From contig OY969474.1 of NCBI GenBank assembly GCA_963700145.1, positions 1,696,001 to 1,760,000 of the forward strand: 64,000 bases of DNA, in the 5' to 3' direction. This document shows, piece after piece, positions 1 to 9,746 of this stretch (positions are counted from its first letter, which is position 1; each line of letters starts with the position of its first letter). The notes under the pieces were generated by a model, which was not told the origin of the DNA, ran no database searches, and was given only the letters and a program-made list of their open reading frames with translations. The DNA is from an uncultured Acidobacteriota bacterium (GTDB lineage: Bacteria; Acidobacteriota; Thermoanaerobaculia; Multivoradales; UBA5704). Made by a program: the position numbers and the translations under genes.

Positions 1-3
1 AGG

Positions 4-246
4 CTAGCGCTGTCTTCGAACGATTCGCTCCAGCCCTAGCCGGTCCACCCGCACCTTCGCCACCGGCTTGCCGTCGCGCAGGAGGACGGGGACGGCTTCG
101 CCGTAGCGCAGGCGGAGGGTGGGGTTGCCGTCTACGTCCACCGGTTGCCAGGTGAGGCCGTGGGCGGGGAGTACCTCGTCGAGGAGGGCGGCCATCCCGT
201 GGCAGAGGTGGCAGCCGGCGCGGGTGATCAGCTCATAGCGCGCCAT
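4..246 (-). CDS. Glutaredoxin-like (DUF836/NrdH-like) protein, copy 1
   Basis: ATG at 246; TRAGCHLC (CxxC) and YGEAVPVLL cis-Pro motif; 80 aa. The upstream part of the 505-aa ORF-track entry is a GC shadow frame. Confidence 0.85.
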   Translation of the reverse strand: MARYELITRAGCHLCHGMAALLDEVLPAHGLTWQPVDVDGNPTLRLRYGEAVPVLLRDGKPVAKVRVDRLGLERIVRRQR

Positions 247-250
247 CTCT

Positions 251-286
251 CCCCCGCCCAGATCCTTCGCTGCGCTCAGGATGACG
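251..286. repeat. Single CGTC-type REP palindrome
   Basis: CCCCCGCCCAGATCCTTCGCTGCGCTCAGGATGACG; related copies at 13541, 13622, 59472, 59523, 60504 and 60563; contains the aminotransferase stop codon. Confidence 0.85.
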
Positions 287-1502
287 GAGCGATCGCGGCG
301 GCGGGCGTGGTGACGCCAGGGTAGGCGGCGAGCGCCTCGGCCAGCACCTCGACGGCGCGCTCGAGCTGCGGCCGGGCGAGGACGTAGGCGATGCGCGCCT
401 CGTCGCGGCCGAGGCCGGGGGTGGCGTAGAACCCCTCGGCGGGGGCGATCATCACGGTGGCCCCCCGGTTGGAGAAGTCGGTCAGGAGAAAGCGCGCGAA
501 GGCCTCGGCGTCGTCGACCGGCAGGCGGGCGATGAAGTAGAAGGCCCCTTCCGGCTTGCGCAGGAAGACGCCGGGGATGCGGCGCAGGCCTTCGTAGAGG
601 ACGTCGCGGCGCGCCTGGTACTCCGCGGTCAGGGCGGCGAAGTAGGCGTCCCCCAGCTCGGCGGCACCGGTCGCCGCGAGCTGGCCCAGACCGGGCGGCG
701 AGAGCCGACCCTGGGCCATCCTCAGACAGGCCTCGTGGACCTCGCGGTTGCGGGTGGCGAGACACCCCACCCGCAGCCCGCAGGCGCTGAAGCGCTTCGA
801 CAGGCTGTCGGCCATGACCACGTGGTCCTCGTGGCCGGCCAGCTCGAGGACCCCGGTCGCTCGCCTCCCGTCGTAGGTGAACTCGCGGTAGACCTCGTCG
901 GCGATCAGGAAGAGCTCGTGGTCGCGGCAGAACTCCGCCAGCCAACGCACCTCCTCCGGGCGGTAGACCGTGCCGGTGGGGTTGTTGGGGTTGCAGAGCA
1001 GCGCCAGGCGGGTGCGGGGGGTGAGGGCGCGCTCCCAGGCCGCGGGCGGCGGCAGGTGGAAGCCGTCCTCGCCGCGGGCGGTGAGCGGCACCAGGCGCAC
1101 GCCGGCGAGGGCGGCGAAGGCGTTGTAGTTGGTGTAGTAGGGCTCGGCCACCAGGGCCTCGTCGCCCCACTCGGCGCAGGCCATGAAGGCGAAGAGGAGC
1201 GCCTCGCTGCCTCCGGTCGTCGCCACCAGCTCCTCGCTCCCCAGGTCGAGGCCCCAGCGCCGGTAGTAGCCCTGCAGGAAGTCGAGGTACTCGGGCGTGC
1301 CGCCCGACGAGGTGTAGGCCACCACCTCCGGGATGCAGGCGGCTCGCCGCCGCATCGGCTCGGGCGTCGGCAGATCGGGCTGCCCGATGTTGAGGTGGAG
1401 GACCTCGACCCCCCTCTCCCGGGCCGCATCGGCGAGCGGCATCAGCTTGCGGATGGGCGACGCCGGCACCCGGCGCGCCCGCTGCGAGATCTGGGGGGCC
1501 AT
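276..1502 (-). CDS. PLP-dependent class I/II aminotransferase (aspartate aminotransferase-like)
   Basis: LNIGQPD, CNPNNPTG, IADEVY, SLSKRFSACGLRVG (PLP Lys), PEGAFY motifs. Confidence 0.95.
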   Translation of the reverse strand: MAPQISQRARRVPASPIRKLMPLADAARERGVEVLHLNIGQPDLPTPEPMRRRAACIPEVVAYTSSGGTPEYLDFLQGYYRRWGLDLGSEELVATTGGSEALLFAFMACAEWGDEALVAEPYYTNYNAFAALAGVRLVPLTARGEDGFHLPPPAAWERALTPRTRLALLCNPNNPTGTVYRPEEVRWLAEFCRDHELFLIADEVYREFTYDGRRATGVLELAGHEDHVVMADSLSKRFSACGLRVGCLATRNREVHEACLRMAQGRLSPPGLGQLAATGAAELGDAYFAALTAEYQARRDVLYEGLRRIPGVFLRKPEGAFYFIARLPVDDAEAFARFLLTDFSNRGATVMIAPAEGFYATPGLGRDEARIAYVLARPQLERAVEVLAEALAAYPGVTTPAAAIAPSS

Positions 1503-1599
1503 GGCCCGACTCTAACGCCAAGCCACGCCAGGCCGGAGGACGCGCCGCTCAGGCGGTTCGAGCGGCTCCTCGGGCGCCTAGTCCAAGTCCCTCGATAAG

Positions 1600-1966
1600 C
1601 GCCACCGCCCGGCTGCATCCCAGCGAGCCACGGAGGCCCCGGCGCCATCGCGGCGCGAGGGGCGGGCGGAGTAGACGACCTCGGCGGCGGCCTCGTCCCA
1701 GGCCAAGCGGTCCAGCACCAGAGGGCAGCGGATCCCGTAACGACCCAGGCGAGCCGCCTCCTGCCGCTCCTCCACCCGAACCGCCGCGTGCACCGAGAAG
1801 CCACTGTGGCGCCAGGAGAGGAGGCTCTCGACCACCTCGTCGCCGATCTTGCGGCGCTCGACGAGGAGGCGGAGCACCTCGGGAGTCGAAGTAGAGCAGG
1901 TGGCGAAAGCTGCCGTCGGGGAGCCAACCGCCGTCGGCGAGCAGCACGTGCAAGTGGGGATGCCAG
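1600..1966 (-). pseudogene. IS91-family (Y2/HUH) transposase, central fragment
   Basis: WHPHLHVLLADGG (HUH) and WRHSGFSVHAAVRV...RY..RCPL.LDRL; frame change at ~1878; both ends missing. Confidence 0.8.
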
Positions 1967-1979
1967 CCTAAGAGACTCC

Positions 1980-2060
1980 GTCTACGACCGGCTGGCGGAC
2001 GTGAAGACCACGTACGACCCCGACAACGTCTTCCACCACAACCGGAACATCCGCCCCGGG
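1980..2060 (+). pseudogene. C-terminal fragment of a BBE-domain FAD oxidase
   Basis: YDRLADVKTTYDPDNVFHHNRNIRP matches the berberine-bridge-enzyme C-terminal motif; the rest of the gene is absent. Confidence 0.7.
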
Positions 2061-2754
2061 TTGAGCGACGGTGTGGGTAGTTCCGATGGCGCGGGCGACG
2101 CTTGACGGGTGTGGGGTAGTCGCCCGCGACGAAGGCTGGCCATCGGCATCCTGGCCCGAGAGGTGCCAGCGAATGGTCTAATCGGTGACCGGGAGGAAGC
2201 GACGGGGACCGTCGGTGCACTTGATGCGCGGCTTCTCAGCGAGGCCGCGAACCCACTCGTTCGCGCAGGCGGGCGCATACCCCGCCCTCCCGGTCCCCCC
2301 GCTTTCGAACCGGGCGAGGTACGCGTCGTCTGCCAGTTCTCACCTCGTCCTGACTCTCAGGATCGGCTCCGTCAAGTCGGTCGTCAACACCTCGACCTGC
2401 AGGCCGCTTGGCCTGCCGTCGGGCCAGCTGACATTGATCGTGCCGTGGCTATTCTTGAAAAGACCCTGCGAGAAGCCGTAGCTGCCGCCCGGTGCCAGGA
2501 TGTAGACCGCGAGGTCGATTTCTCCCGGCAGGGGATTTCCACTCGGGTCACGGGCGGGAATGATCAACGGAGTACCGTCGTCGCCGATCTTGACGTACCA
2601 GATGGCCAGTCCGCTGTCGGGTATGCCCTGCAGGTTGTTGAAGGGGGCGCCGTCGTAGTTGAAGTAGGCACCTTGGGTGATGTACCCCTCTAGCCGCACG
2701 CAGGTGTAGTCGGGTGCCATGGTCGACAGGCCTGGCGTGCCGACCCAGGTCTGA

Positions 2755-4213
2755 GGGGTTGTCCCTCCCGCTGTTGAAAGAGCAATGAGGTGAAGGCGGC
2801 TCCTCGGCCCACCTGATCGAGAATCGGGTTGGTCGAATAACCGGCCCCGCCAGGGGGCCAAGGAGCCGTGATGAAGACGAGAGCAGAAAGGCGGGTGGTG
2901 TGGCAAGGGGGCCGTGCGGCGCGCATCAGCCACGGGCTACAAGCGCTGCTGCGGCCGATGGTCGAGGGCATCGAGGCCAGCCGCCAGGGGCTGCTGGAGC
3001 TGTTTCACGCCGCGGGCGTCGAGGCCCTGGGGCGGCAGCTCGCGGACGAGGTCGAGGCCGTCGTCGGTCCGAAGCGTCGGCGCAATCCGACCCGCGAGGC
3101 GTACCGCTGGGGCTCGACGGCGAGCGAGTTCGTGCTGGGTGGCCGCCAGGTGGCGCTGCCGCGACCGCGCGTCCGGCGACGCGACGGTGGCGAGATGAGC
3201 TTGCCTTCGGTGCGCGCCTTTCAGGACGAAGATCCCTTCACGGAGCGGGTGATCGAGCAGGCGCTGGTCGGCGTCTCGCAGCGCCGCTACGGTCGGAGCT
3301 TGGAGCCGCTCGCAGAGTCGGTGCCGGAGCGCGCGACGAGCAAGAGTGCGGTCCAGCGCCGGCTGGTGGCGGGGACGCGTCGTCTGCTGGGCGCGTGGCT
3401 GCGCCGAGACCTGTCGGACTTCCAGCCCCTGATCCTGATGATCGACGGGCTGGAGGTGGCCGGCCACACCCTGGTGGTGGCACTCGGCATCGCGCGCGAC
3501 GGGACCAAGCGGGTGCTCGGCCTGCGTGAAGGCGCGACGGAGAACGCGGCGCTCTGTACCGGCCTGCTCCAGGAGCTGTTGGAGCGAGGCCTCGCGATGC
3601 CGCCGCGCTTCTTGGCGGTGCTCGACGGCGGCAAGGGGCTGCGCAAGGCCGTGCGCGCCGTCTTCGGGGACGCAACCCACGTCCAGCGCTGCCAGCTCCA
3701 CAAGCGCCGCAACGTCCGCGACCACCTGCCCAAGCAGCTCCAAGCCCGGGTCGACCGCCTGATGGTCGAGGCCTACCAGAGCGCTCGCTTCGACCTCGCC
3801 AAGCGTCGCCTCGAGCAGCTTGCCCGCTGGCTCGAGCACGCAGGCCACGCGGGCGCCGCGGGCAGCCTGCGCGAGGGCCTCGACGAGACCCTCACCGCCT
3901 TGCGGCTGAAGCTGCCCGACGCTCTGCGCCGGTTGCTCGCCTCGACCAACGCGATCGAGAACACGATCGGCTCGATCCGTACGACGACGCGCAACGTCAA
4001 GCGCTGGCGCGGCGGCGACATGGTGCTGCGCTGGGTCGCCCTGGCGCTGTGTGACGCGGAGGCTGGCTTCCGGCGTGTCAAGGGACATCGGCACCTCGGG
4101 GCTCTCGAGCTCGCGCTCGCGGCGATCGAGGAACCGACGAACACCAAGGCCGTGGCATGATCAACCGAGCCGCTTTCCCTCTTTCGGCTTTCAACAGGGA
4201 ACGGGGCATCCCC
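2755..4213 (+). mobile_element. IS256-family insertion sequence
   Basis: 26-bp imperfect terminal IRs at 2755-2780 and 4188-4213 (20/26 match); 9-bp TSD CAGGTCTGA at 2746-2754 and 4214-4222. Confidence 0.93.
2868..4160 (+). CDS. IS256-family (mutator-type) DDE transposase
   Basis: MIDG, GATENA, VLDGGKGL, QRCQLHKRRN, STNAIE motifs; intact 430-aa frame. Confidence 0.95.
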   Translation: MMKTRAERRVVWQGGRAARISHGLQALLRPMVEGIEASRQGLLELFHAAGVEALGRQLADEVEAVVGPKRRRNPTREAYRWGSTASEFVLGGRQVALPRPRVRRRDGGEMSLPSVRAFQDEDPFTERVIEQALVGVSQRRYGRSLEPLAESVPERATSKSAVQRRLVAGTRRLLGAWLRRDLSDFQPLILMIDGLEVAGHTLVVALGIARDGTKRVLGLREGATENAALCTGLLQELLERGLAMPPRFLAVLDGGKGLRKAVRAVFGDATHVQRCQLHKRRNVRDHLPKQLQARVDRLMVEAYQSARFDLAKRRLEQLARWLEHAGHAGAAGSLREGLDETLTALRLKLPDALRRLLASTNAIENTIGSIRTTTRNVKRWRGGDMVLRWVALALCDAEAGFRRVKGHRHLGALELALAAIEEPTNTKAVA

Positions 4214-6515
4214 CAGGTCTGATCGGCCGTCAGGTAGTTGTCGCTACGCGAAGGGCTGAACCAGGAATACAAGGGGAGCGTATTCGCGGGCCGTGCTAGA
4301 GCCGGGTCGTAGACGTAGCCCAGCACCCCCTGGCTGACGTATGGCCTCCTGCGGTCTCCCCTCACTCCCGCCCATGCGGGATTGGTAGTGGTAAAGCCGT
4401 CCCCATAGGTACTGCTGTACCAGCCATAGAGGGGAACGGTCCCGGCCGGTGGCGGATTTGCAGGGGTGAAGACGAACCCCTCAATCTTGTGGAACCTGGA
4501 AGACAGGGTGCTGGGACCGAACAGCACGTCGCCACCGTGGCTGGTCGTAGCCCAGTTGTCGCCGCGGTCGCTGTCCCAGAGATTGTAGAGCGGTATCAAG
4601 TCGCCGCGACCGCTCAGTTGGTGCGTGTGGCGGTATTCGAGGATGAAGAACTCGCGCTTGCCTCTGGCGGGGTCGTAGAACACATAGGCCTTGCCAGTAG
4701 AGTTCTTGGGGTTCTCGGTGGCCAATATCTCGAACGGTCCCTCTGTCCCAATTTGCCTCACGATAGGCTCGATCCAGCCCATCAGTATCTTGTTCATCGG
4801 ATCCGGGTGCGACAGCCGTATGCCGCCTTGGATCGCGGCCATGAGGGAGTACTGGTAGTTCTTGCCGAATCCGGCTCCGTAGACATCCACTCCTCCCACG
4901 TAGTGGATCATTTCGTGGCCGAGCACCGAGAGGTTGTTGACGGCGTCCTGGACGACGGTGATGCCGTTGGTCTGGATGCGCAAGCCTCCAGTCAGCCCGA
5001 CGTCGATCCCGATCTTCTGGGCGCCGCCCACCAGCCCGTTCCCTTCCCACAGGTAGAGAGGCGTCGTGTCCCGTGGTTGCGGCAACGCCGGGTCGAAAAT
5101 GAAGCCCTCGCCCCTCACCAGGGAATAGCCCCCCTCCCTCAGTGCCCGCGCCTCCGGGCTCGAGCCGCCCGTCGTCGTCAACAGGTAGTCGCGCCGCACC
5201 GGGTTGTACCAGGTGAAGATCTCAACGGTATTCGCCGGGCGTGCCCGCGAGGCCGCAAACACGTAGCCGAACGCCCGGTCGGTGGTGTAGCCGGCAGGCA
5301 CACCACGCTCGTGGCTGGCGCGGGTGGTGGTGTAGTTATCCTTGGGGGTGGGGTCGTGCCAGAAATGCAGTGCCCGCGTTCCGTCGGGGGCCGCCGACAG
5401 GCTGGGCGAATAGATGTAGCCCAAGTGCCTGATGAAGGCATAGCCCAGGTCATTGAAGACATTCGGGCCCGAATGTCCGGGCACTGGCGGCCACTCGGTC
5501 GTCGCAAAGAACTCGTGAGCCTCCCGGTTGGAGTTGATGATGTTGATGGACAGCTCGTCGGGGCGAATCACCCCGTCCCTGTTCTTGTCGAAGGGCCTGA
5601 AATCGAAGCCGGATCTTGCGGCCTCCGCCAGCACCAGCGAAGCGTAAGCGTTGCCGGTGGGAGTTCCGCTGAGCTTGCTTTCGTCGGCGGGCGTGCCGGG
5701 AATGTCTCTGGCCGGAATCGGCCCGACGATCCCGGCGTTCAGGAAGTTCACGTTGCCGTTGGTCATCTGGTCGTAGAACCCGAAACTCCCCGCGAGGCTC
5801 GGCTTGACCGGAGTCGTGCTGCCGCCGAAGACCAGCTCGGTGTACCGAGCCCGGTAGTCGGGGGAAAAAGTTCCGTATCCGACAGCTGCCAGAGCACGGT
5901 AAGGACAGAGACTGCACCCCAAGCAGGGGTAGCCTTGAAGCCAAAGTTCTCGGCTGGTTCCGCAGAGGCGGCGCCGTGGGCAAGGAGAGCGAGCGCGATG
6001 AAGAGAGAGCTAGCTTTCATTCCAGATCCTCCGTTAACGCCACCGTTGAAGATGTCGGCCTGCGGCTCACGTGGAAGGAATTCGCGACCTGCACCTGCTT
6101 TCTGACAGGCGGACTCCCAGGAGCGAATGTCGCTGGCGTCGCCATGAGACGCGAAGGCGGGCAACGTCGCAGGCTTGCCCTTGTTCGCAGGTCGACTACT
6201 TCGCGAACAGAGGCAACGCCTGTTCGCGTCCACGTTCCAGTACGTCTTCCACCACGAGAGCGAAGACAGCATCACCATCGTGCCGTGTAGGAAGTCGCTT
6301 TTGGGCCGCGACGGGTGCGAGCGTCCAATCGTAGCGATCAGAGCGGCCTGGGGCCACAGCGAGGGCCGATCCGAGGCCGGGAATCCGCGCTCGCGCCATT
6401 CCTGCGTTGGCGGAGAGCTGTGTGTAGGTGTCACTGACCCGAGAGTCCAAGAGGGAAGGGCGCAGAGCGCACACCCCTTCCACGGCCGTCCTTTCGCGTG
6501 GCGGGCCGGGGCCGG

Positions 6516-6800
6516 TCAGGTGGGGGCGTAGACGAGCTCGTCGGGGTGCTGGAGCAGGCGATAGACCGAGGAGCGGTCGACGAGGAACGCGACGATGCGC
6601 ATCGCGGCGCCACAAAAGGTGCACAGCAGCGGATCGATCTCGTAGACCTTGCGGATGAGCTGCGACCAGGAGAGACGCCGGCTCTTGGCTTCGTCGCCCG
6701 ATTCGGTGTGCCTTCTGGGGGTGGCGCCCGACTCGCCCTGCAGCCGGCGCCGCCGGCCCCGGGCGGCGTTGCTGTACCAGCCGCAGTAGCGCACGAGCTG
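6516..6800 (-). pseudogene. IS91-family transposase, C-terminal fragment
   Basis: QLVRYCGWYSNAARG and WSQLIRKVYEIDPLLCTFCGAAMRIVAF (C-terminal CxxC motif typical of IS91-like transposases). Confidence 0.8.
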
Positions 6801-6835
6801 TGGTGCTCGCCGGGCGAGGGTGGTACCTTAGGGTC

Positions 6836-7150
6836 GTGAGCGTCGCCGGGAAGATGATCGTCGACTACATCGAGTCGACGCCGGGGGTGTGCGGTGGGCG
6901 CGCGCGCATCGCCAGCACCCGCATGAAGGTCAGTCAGGTGGCCGCCGAGTACGAACACCTCGGCATGACCCCGGACGAGATCGTGGACGCCCATCCCCAC
7001 CTCACCCTCGCCGGTGTCCACGCAGCGCTCGCCTACTACTACGACCACCGTGACGCCATCCGCGCCGAATGGCGCGAGACGGATGACTTCATCGCCGAGA
7101 TGAGGGAGCGGCAAGCGGCCCTGGCGGCCGGCAAGCACCCCCGCCCGTAG
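6836..7150 (+). CDS. DUF433-family antitoxin
   Basis: TPGVCGGRARIASTRMKV...PHLTLAGVHAALAYY; GTG at 6836 follows an extended -10 TGGTACCTT (alternative ATG at 6854). Confidence 0.9.
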   Translation: MSVAGKMIVDYIESTPGVCGGRARIASTRMKVSQVAAEYEHLGMTPDEIVDAHPHLTLAGVHAALAYYYDHRDAIRAEWRETDDFIAEMRERQAALAAGKHPRP

Positions 7151-7159
7151 GCGACACGT

Positions 7160-7357
7160 TTGCCCCTGCGCCTCTACGCCGACGAGTGCGTCAACGGGCA
7201 CCTCGTCGCCGGCCTGCGGCCTGCCGCTGGTGAGCCGGCTCCTCCACGAAGGCGGGACTTCCCGGGTCTCATCTTCATCCTGCCGCGGACATCCCTCGCC
7301 GCGGCCCTGCGCTCGATCGGCCTAAAGCCTCCGCCGAACAATCCGCTCCAGCCCTAG
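7160..7357 (+). pseudogene. DUF5615 (PIN-like) toxin, internally deleted
   Basis: LRLYADECV...LVAGLR N-terminus and PGLIFI C-terminal strand are present, but the central DxxI..A...LLTxDxDF part is missing; only 65 aa. Confidence 0.7.
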
Positions 7358-7588
7358 CCGGTCCACGCGCACCTTCGCGACCGGCTTGCCGTCGCGCAGG
7401 AGGACTGGAACGGCTTCACCGTAGCGCAGGCGGAGGGTGGGGTTGCCGTCTACGTCCACCGGTTGCCAGGTGAGGCCGTAGGCGGGGAGGACCTCGTCGA
7501 GCAGGGCGGCCATCTCGTGGCAGAGGTGGCAGCCGGCGCGGGTCACCAGTTCGTAGCGGGCAGCCGGGGCGGCGGGTTTGCCGGGCAT
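7322..7588 (-). CDS. Glutaredoxin-like (DUF836/NrdH-like) protein, copy 2
   Basis: TRAGCHLC; near-identical protein and DNA to 4..246. Confidence 0.85.
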   Translation of the reverse strand: MPGKPAAPAARYELVTRAGCHLCHEMAALLDEVLPAYGLTWQPVDVDGNPTLRLRYGEAVPVLLRDGKPVAKVRVDRLGLERIVRRRL

Positions 7589-7599
7589 CCTGGCCGCCT

Positions 7600-7972
7600 A
7601 GAGCTCTTCCCGGACGACCCGGGCACTGGTGCGACGGACCGGGAACTCTGCCCGGACGGTCCGGGAGTTGTTCCCGCGGCTTGGGAACTCTGCCCGGACG
7701 GATCGGGAACTGTTCCGAAGGCCTGGGAACTCCGCCCGGACGAACCGGGCATTGTTCCCGCGCCCTGGGAACTCTGCCCGGACGAGTCGGGAGCTGTTCC
7801 CGACGCCCAGGAACTCCGCCCGGACGGTCCGGGCACTGTTCCCACGGCTCGGGGAACGCTCCCCGCCGCCCCGGAACTCTGCCCGAAGCGTTCGGGCATT
7901 GTTCCAATCGAAAAGGAACTCTGCCCGGTTCGTCCGGGCACTGTTCCTACGGCTCGGGAACTCTTCGGAGCC
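7600..7972. repeat. 42-bp tandem array of 33-bp palindromes with 9-bp variable linkers (left part)
   Basis: Consensus GGAACTCTGCCCGGACGGTCCGGGCACTGTTCC at 7642, 7684, 7726, 7768, 7810, 7873 and 7915; a 21-bp half unit at 7852. Confidence 0.9.
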
Positions 7973-8006
7973 TGTCAAGCCCGTTGAGACAGAGTTCAGA
8001 GAGAAA

Positions 8007-9016
8007 TTAGGGAAGTCTCGTCGGGGTGTCCTCCTGGGGAGGGTTGATCCAGACGGCCTGGGGGAGTTGCCGAGGACGGGGCACGCGGTGGAAGCGTTCC
8101 GGGTGGGCGGCGTAGGCCGCACGGAGGACGTCGGCGCGGCGGGCGAGGATCTCGGGGGCGCGGCCGAAATGGACGTCGGCGGGGGTCAGCAGCGCCAGGC
8201 CAGAGTGGTGGTGCTGGTGGTTGTACCAGGGGAAGAAACCGCGGCAGAAGAGCCGGCCGTCCTCGAGCGAGCCAAAGCGATCGGGAAACAGCGGATGGTA
8301 CTTCAGGGTCTTGAGTTGGGCCTCGGAGTAGGGATTGTCGTTGCTGGTGTGGGGGCGGCTGTGGCTGTTGAGGATCCCGAGGTCGGCCAGCAGCTGAGCC
8401 ACCGACTTCGACGTCATGCTCGGGCCGCGATCGGCGTGCAGCGTCAGCGCGCCCGCGACCACGGGATACTTGGCAAGGGTCTCGGCCAGCAGACGCTGAG
8501 CGAGCAGCTCACTCTCGCGTTGGGCCAGCAGCCAGCCGACGACGTAGCGGCTGAAGATGTCGAGCACCACGTAGAGGCTGTAGTGGATCCCCTTGGCCGG
8601 CCCGCGGAGCTTGGTGATGTCCAGGACCAGACCTGGTTGGGGCCGGTGGCCAAGAGCTCGGGCTTGCGGTAGAGGGGGTGGCGCAGCTGGTGGCGTCGCT
8701 CCCGCACCTCGCCCTGGCGCGCCAGCAGGCGGTACATGGTGCGCACCGAGCAGAGGTAGTGACCTTCGTCGAGCAGGGTGGCGTGGACCTGAGCCGGGGA
8801 GGCGTCGACGAAGCGCGGGCTATGGAGGACCTCCAGGGTCTGCCGGCGTTCGTCGGCGCTGAGGGCCCGCGCCGGCGTGGGCCGGGGCGGCGGCGGCCGT
8901 CGCGGCCCGGCGCCGGCTTGGCGGCGGTGACGGTCCAGCGACGAGCGCGGCACACCCAGAGCCGTGCAGGCCCTCTGGACCCCGACGCGCTCGGCCAGCG
9001 CGGGCACAGCGCTCAT
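8007..9016 (-). pseudogene. IS3 OrfB DDE integrase, frameshifted
   Basis: LATGPNQVWSW|DITKL is broken by one missing G near 8621; LDIFSRYVVGW, LHADRG and SNDNPYSEAQLKTLKY lie in the next frame. Confidence 0.85.
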
Positions 9017-9549
9017 GCGCTCGTCTCGTCCTCGTCGGGTGCGGTCAGGCGGATGCCCAGCACCTCCGAGAGTTTTTTTTGCACCTCGACGATGGCCTCG
9101 GCCTGCTGCAGCGCGCGCTGCAACCGCTGGTTGTCGCGCTCGAGCCGACGCAGGTGCTCGCGCAAGGCCGTGTCGGGGTCGGGCTTGCGCCCGCGCGGAC
9201 GGCCGAGGGCTGCGGCGCCTCCCTGCCGGTGGAGGGCACGCCAGCGGCCGAGATGGGAAGCGTACAGTCCTTCCCGCCGCAACAACGCACCGATCTCGCC
9301 GCGGCCCTGGCAACGGTCGGCCTGCTCGAGGATGCGCAGTTTGTAGGCGACCGAAAACTGCCGCCGCCGGGCCTTGGGCTCGACCTCAGGATCCGGGAGC
9401 GGATCCCGCGGCCCAGCCCGCAGCGTCGTGGGCGAGGAGGGTGGGGAGGCCTCTCCTCCCCCGCCCCCGGCCTCCCCACCCTCCCCGCCGACCCTTGCCT
9501 CCGCCCCCTGGACCCGCCACCCATCCTGCCTCTCCAACCCTCGCTTCAT
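9013..9549 (-). CDS. IS3 OrfA (HTH) transposase subunit
   Basis: RRQFSVAYKLRILEQAD...GALLRREGLYASHLGRWR; A8 slippery run at 9073-9080; ATGA overlap with orfB. Confidence 0.88.
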   Translation of the reverse strand: MKRGLERQDGWRVQGAEARVGGEGGEAGGGGGEASPPSSPTTLRAGPRDPLPDPEVEPKARRRQFSVAYKLRILEQADRCQGRGEIGALLRREGLYASHLGRWRALHRQGGAAALGRPRGRKPDPDTALREHLRRLERDNQRLQRALQQAEAIVEVQKKLSEVLGIRLTAPDEDETSA

Positions 9550-9616
9550 CGCCGCGCCTCTCTCCGCCCTCTACCCTATTTTGAGCACGCTCGCCTGTCT
9601 CACGGGATGTTGGCAG

Positions 9617-9733
9617 AGAGGGCTTCCCGGACCGTCCGGGCATTGTTCCCACTGAAAAAGAACTCTGCCCGGTCCGTCCGGGCGTTGTTCCTCGGTCCTG
9701 GGAACTGTTCCCGGAGCGTCCGGGCGCTGTTCC
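9617..9733. repeat. 42-bp palindromic tandem array (right part, 3 units)
   Basis: Units at 9617, 9659 and 9701 share the 7642-7972 consensus; ends 13 bp from the guaA stop. Confidence 0.88.
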
Positions 9734-9746
9734 TCGCCACGCTCCC

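Larger units (their letters stand above)
2340..6020 (-). pseudogene. Secreted M6-family (immune inhibitor A-like) zinc metalloprotease with repeated PLYxWY beta modules; split by IS256 and frameshifted
   Basis: GGAGG RBS and signal peptide MKASSLFIALALLAHGAASA at 6020; frameshift in the T5C5 run at 5860-5869; DFRPFDKNRDG, GHEMIH, YSLMA, HPDPMNKILMGW; removing the IS rejoins ADQTW|VGTPG in frame (~737 aa). Confidence 0.8.
7973..9615 (-). mobile_element. IS3-family insertion sequence
   Basis: TG...CA ends with imperfect IRs (TGTCAAGCCCGTTGAGACAG / TGCCAACATCCCGTGAGACAG); orfA-orfB organisation; no clear TSD. Confidence 0.88.

Noticed and set aside
5855-5872. Programmed -1 frameshift in the M6 protease
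   Set aside because: CTT TTT CCC is not a canonical X XXY YYZ slippery site, and the gene is IS-disrupted anyway.
6060-6440. Possible gene between the protease and the IS91 fragment
   Set aside because: Several short frames are open, but none has a start signal or a recognisable motif.
7416-8122. Repeat-protein ORFs across the 42-bp array
   Set aside because: Nearly all frames are open because the period is a multiple of 3; there is no RBS or preferred frame.
7960-9625. Target-site duplication for the IS3 element
   Set aside because: The flanks GGAGCC and GAGAGG do not match.
7600-9733. CRISPR array
   Set aside because: Linkers are only 9 bp, the repeats are degenerate, and there is no leader or cas gene.
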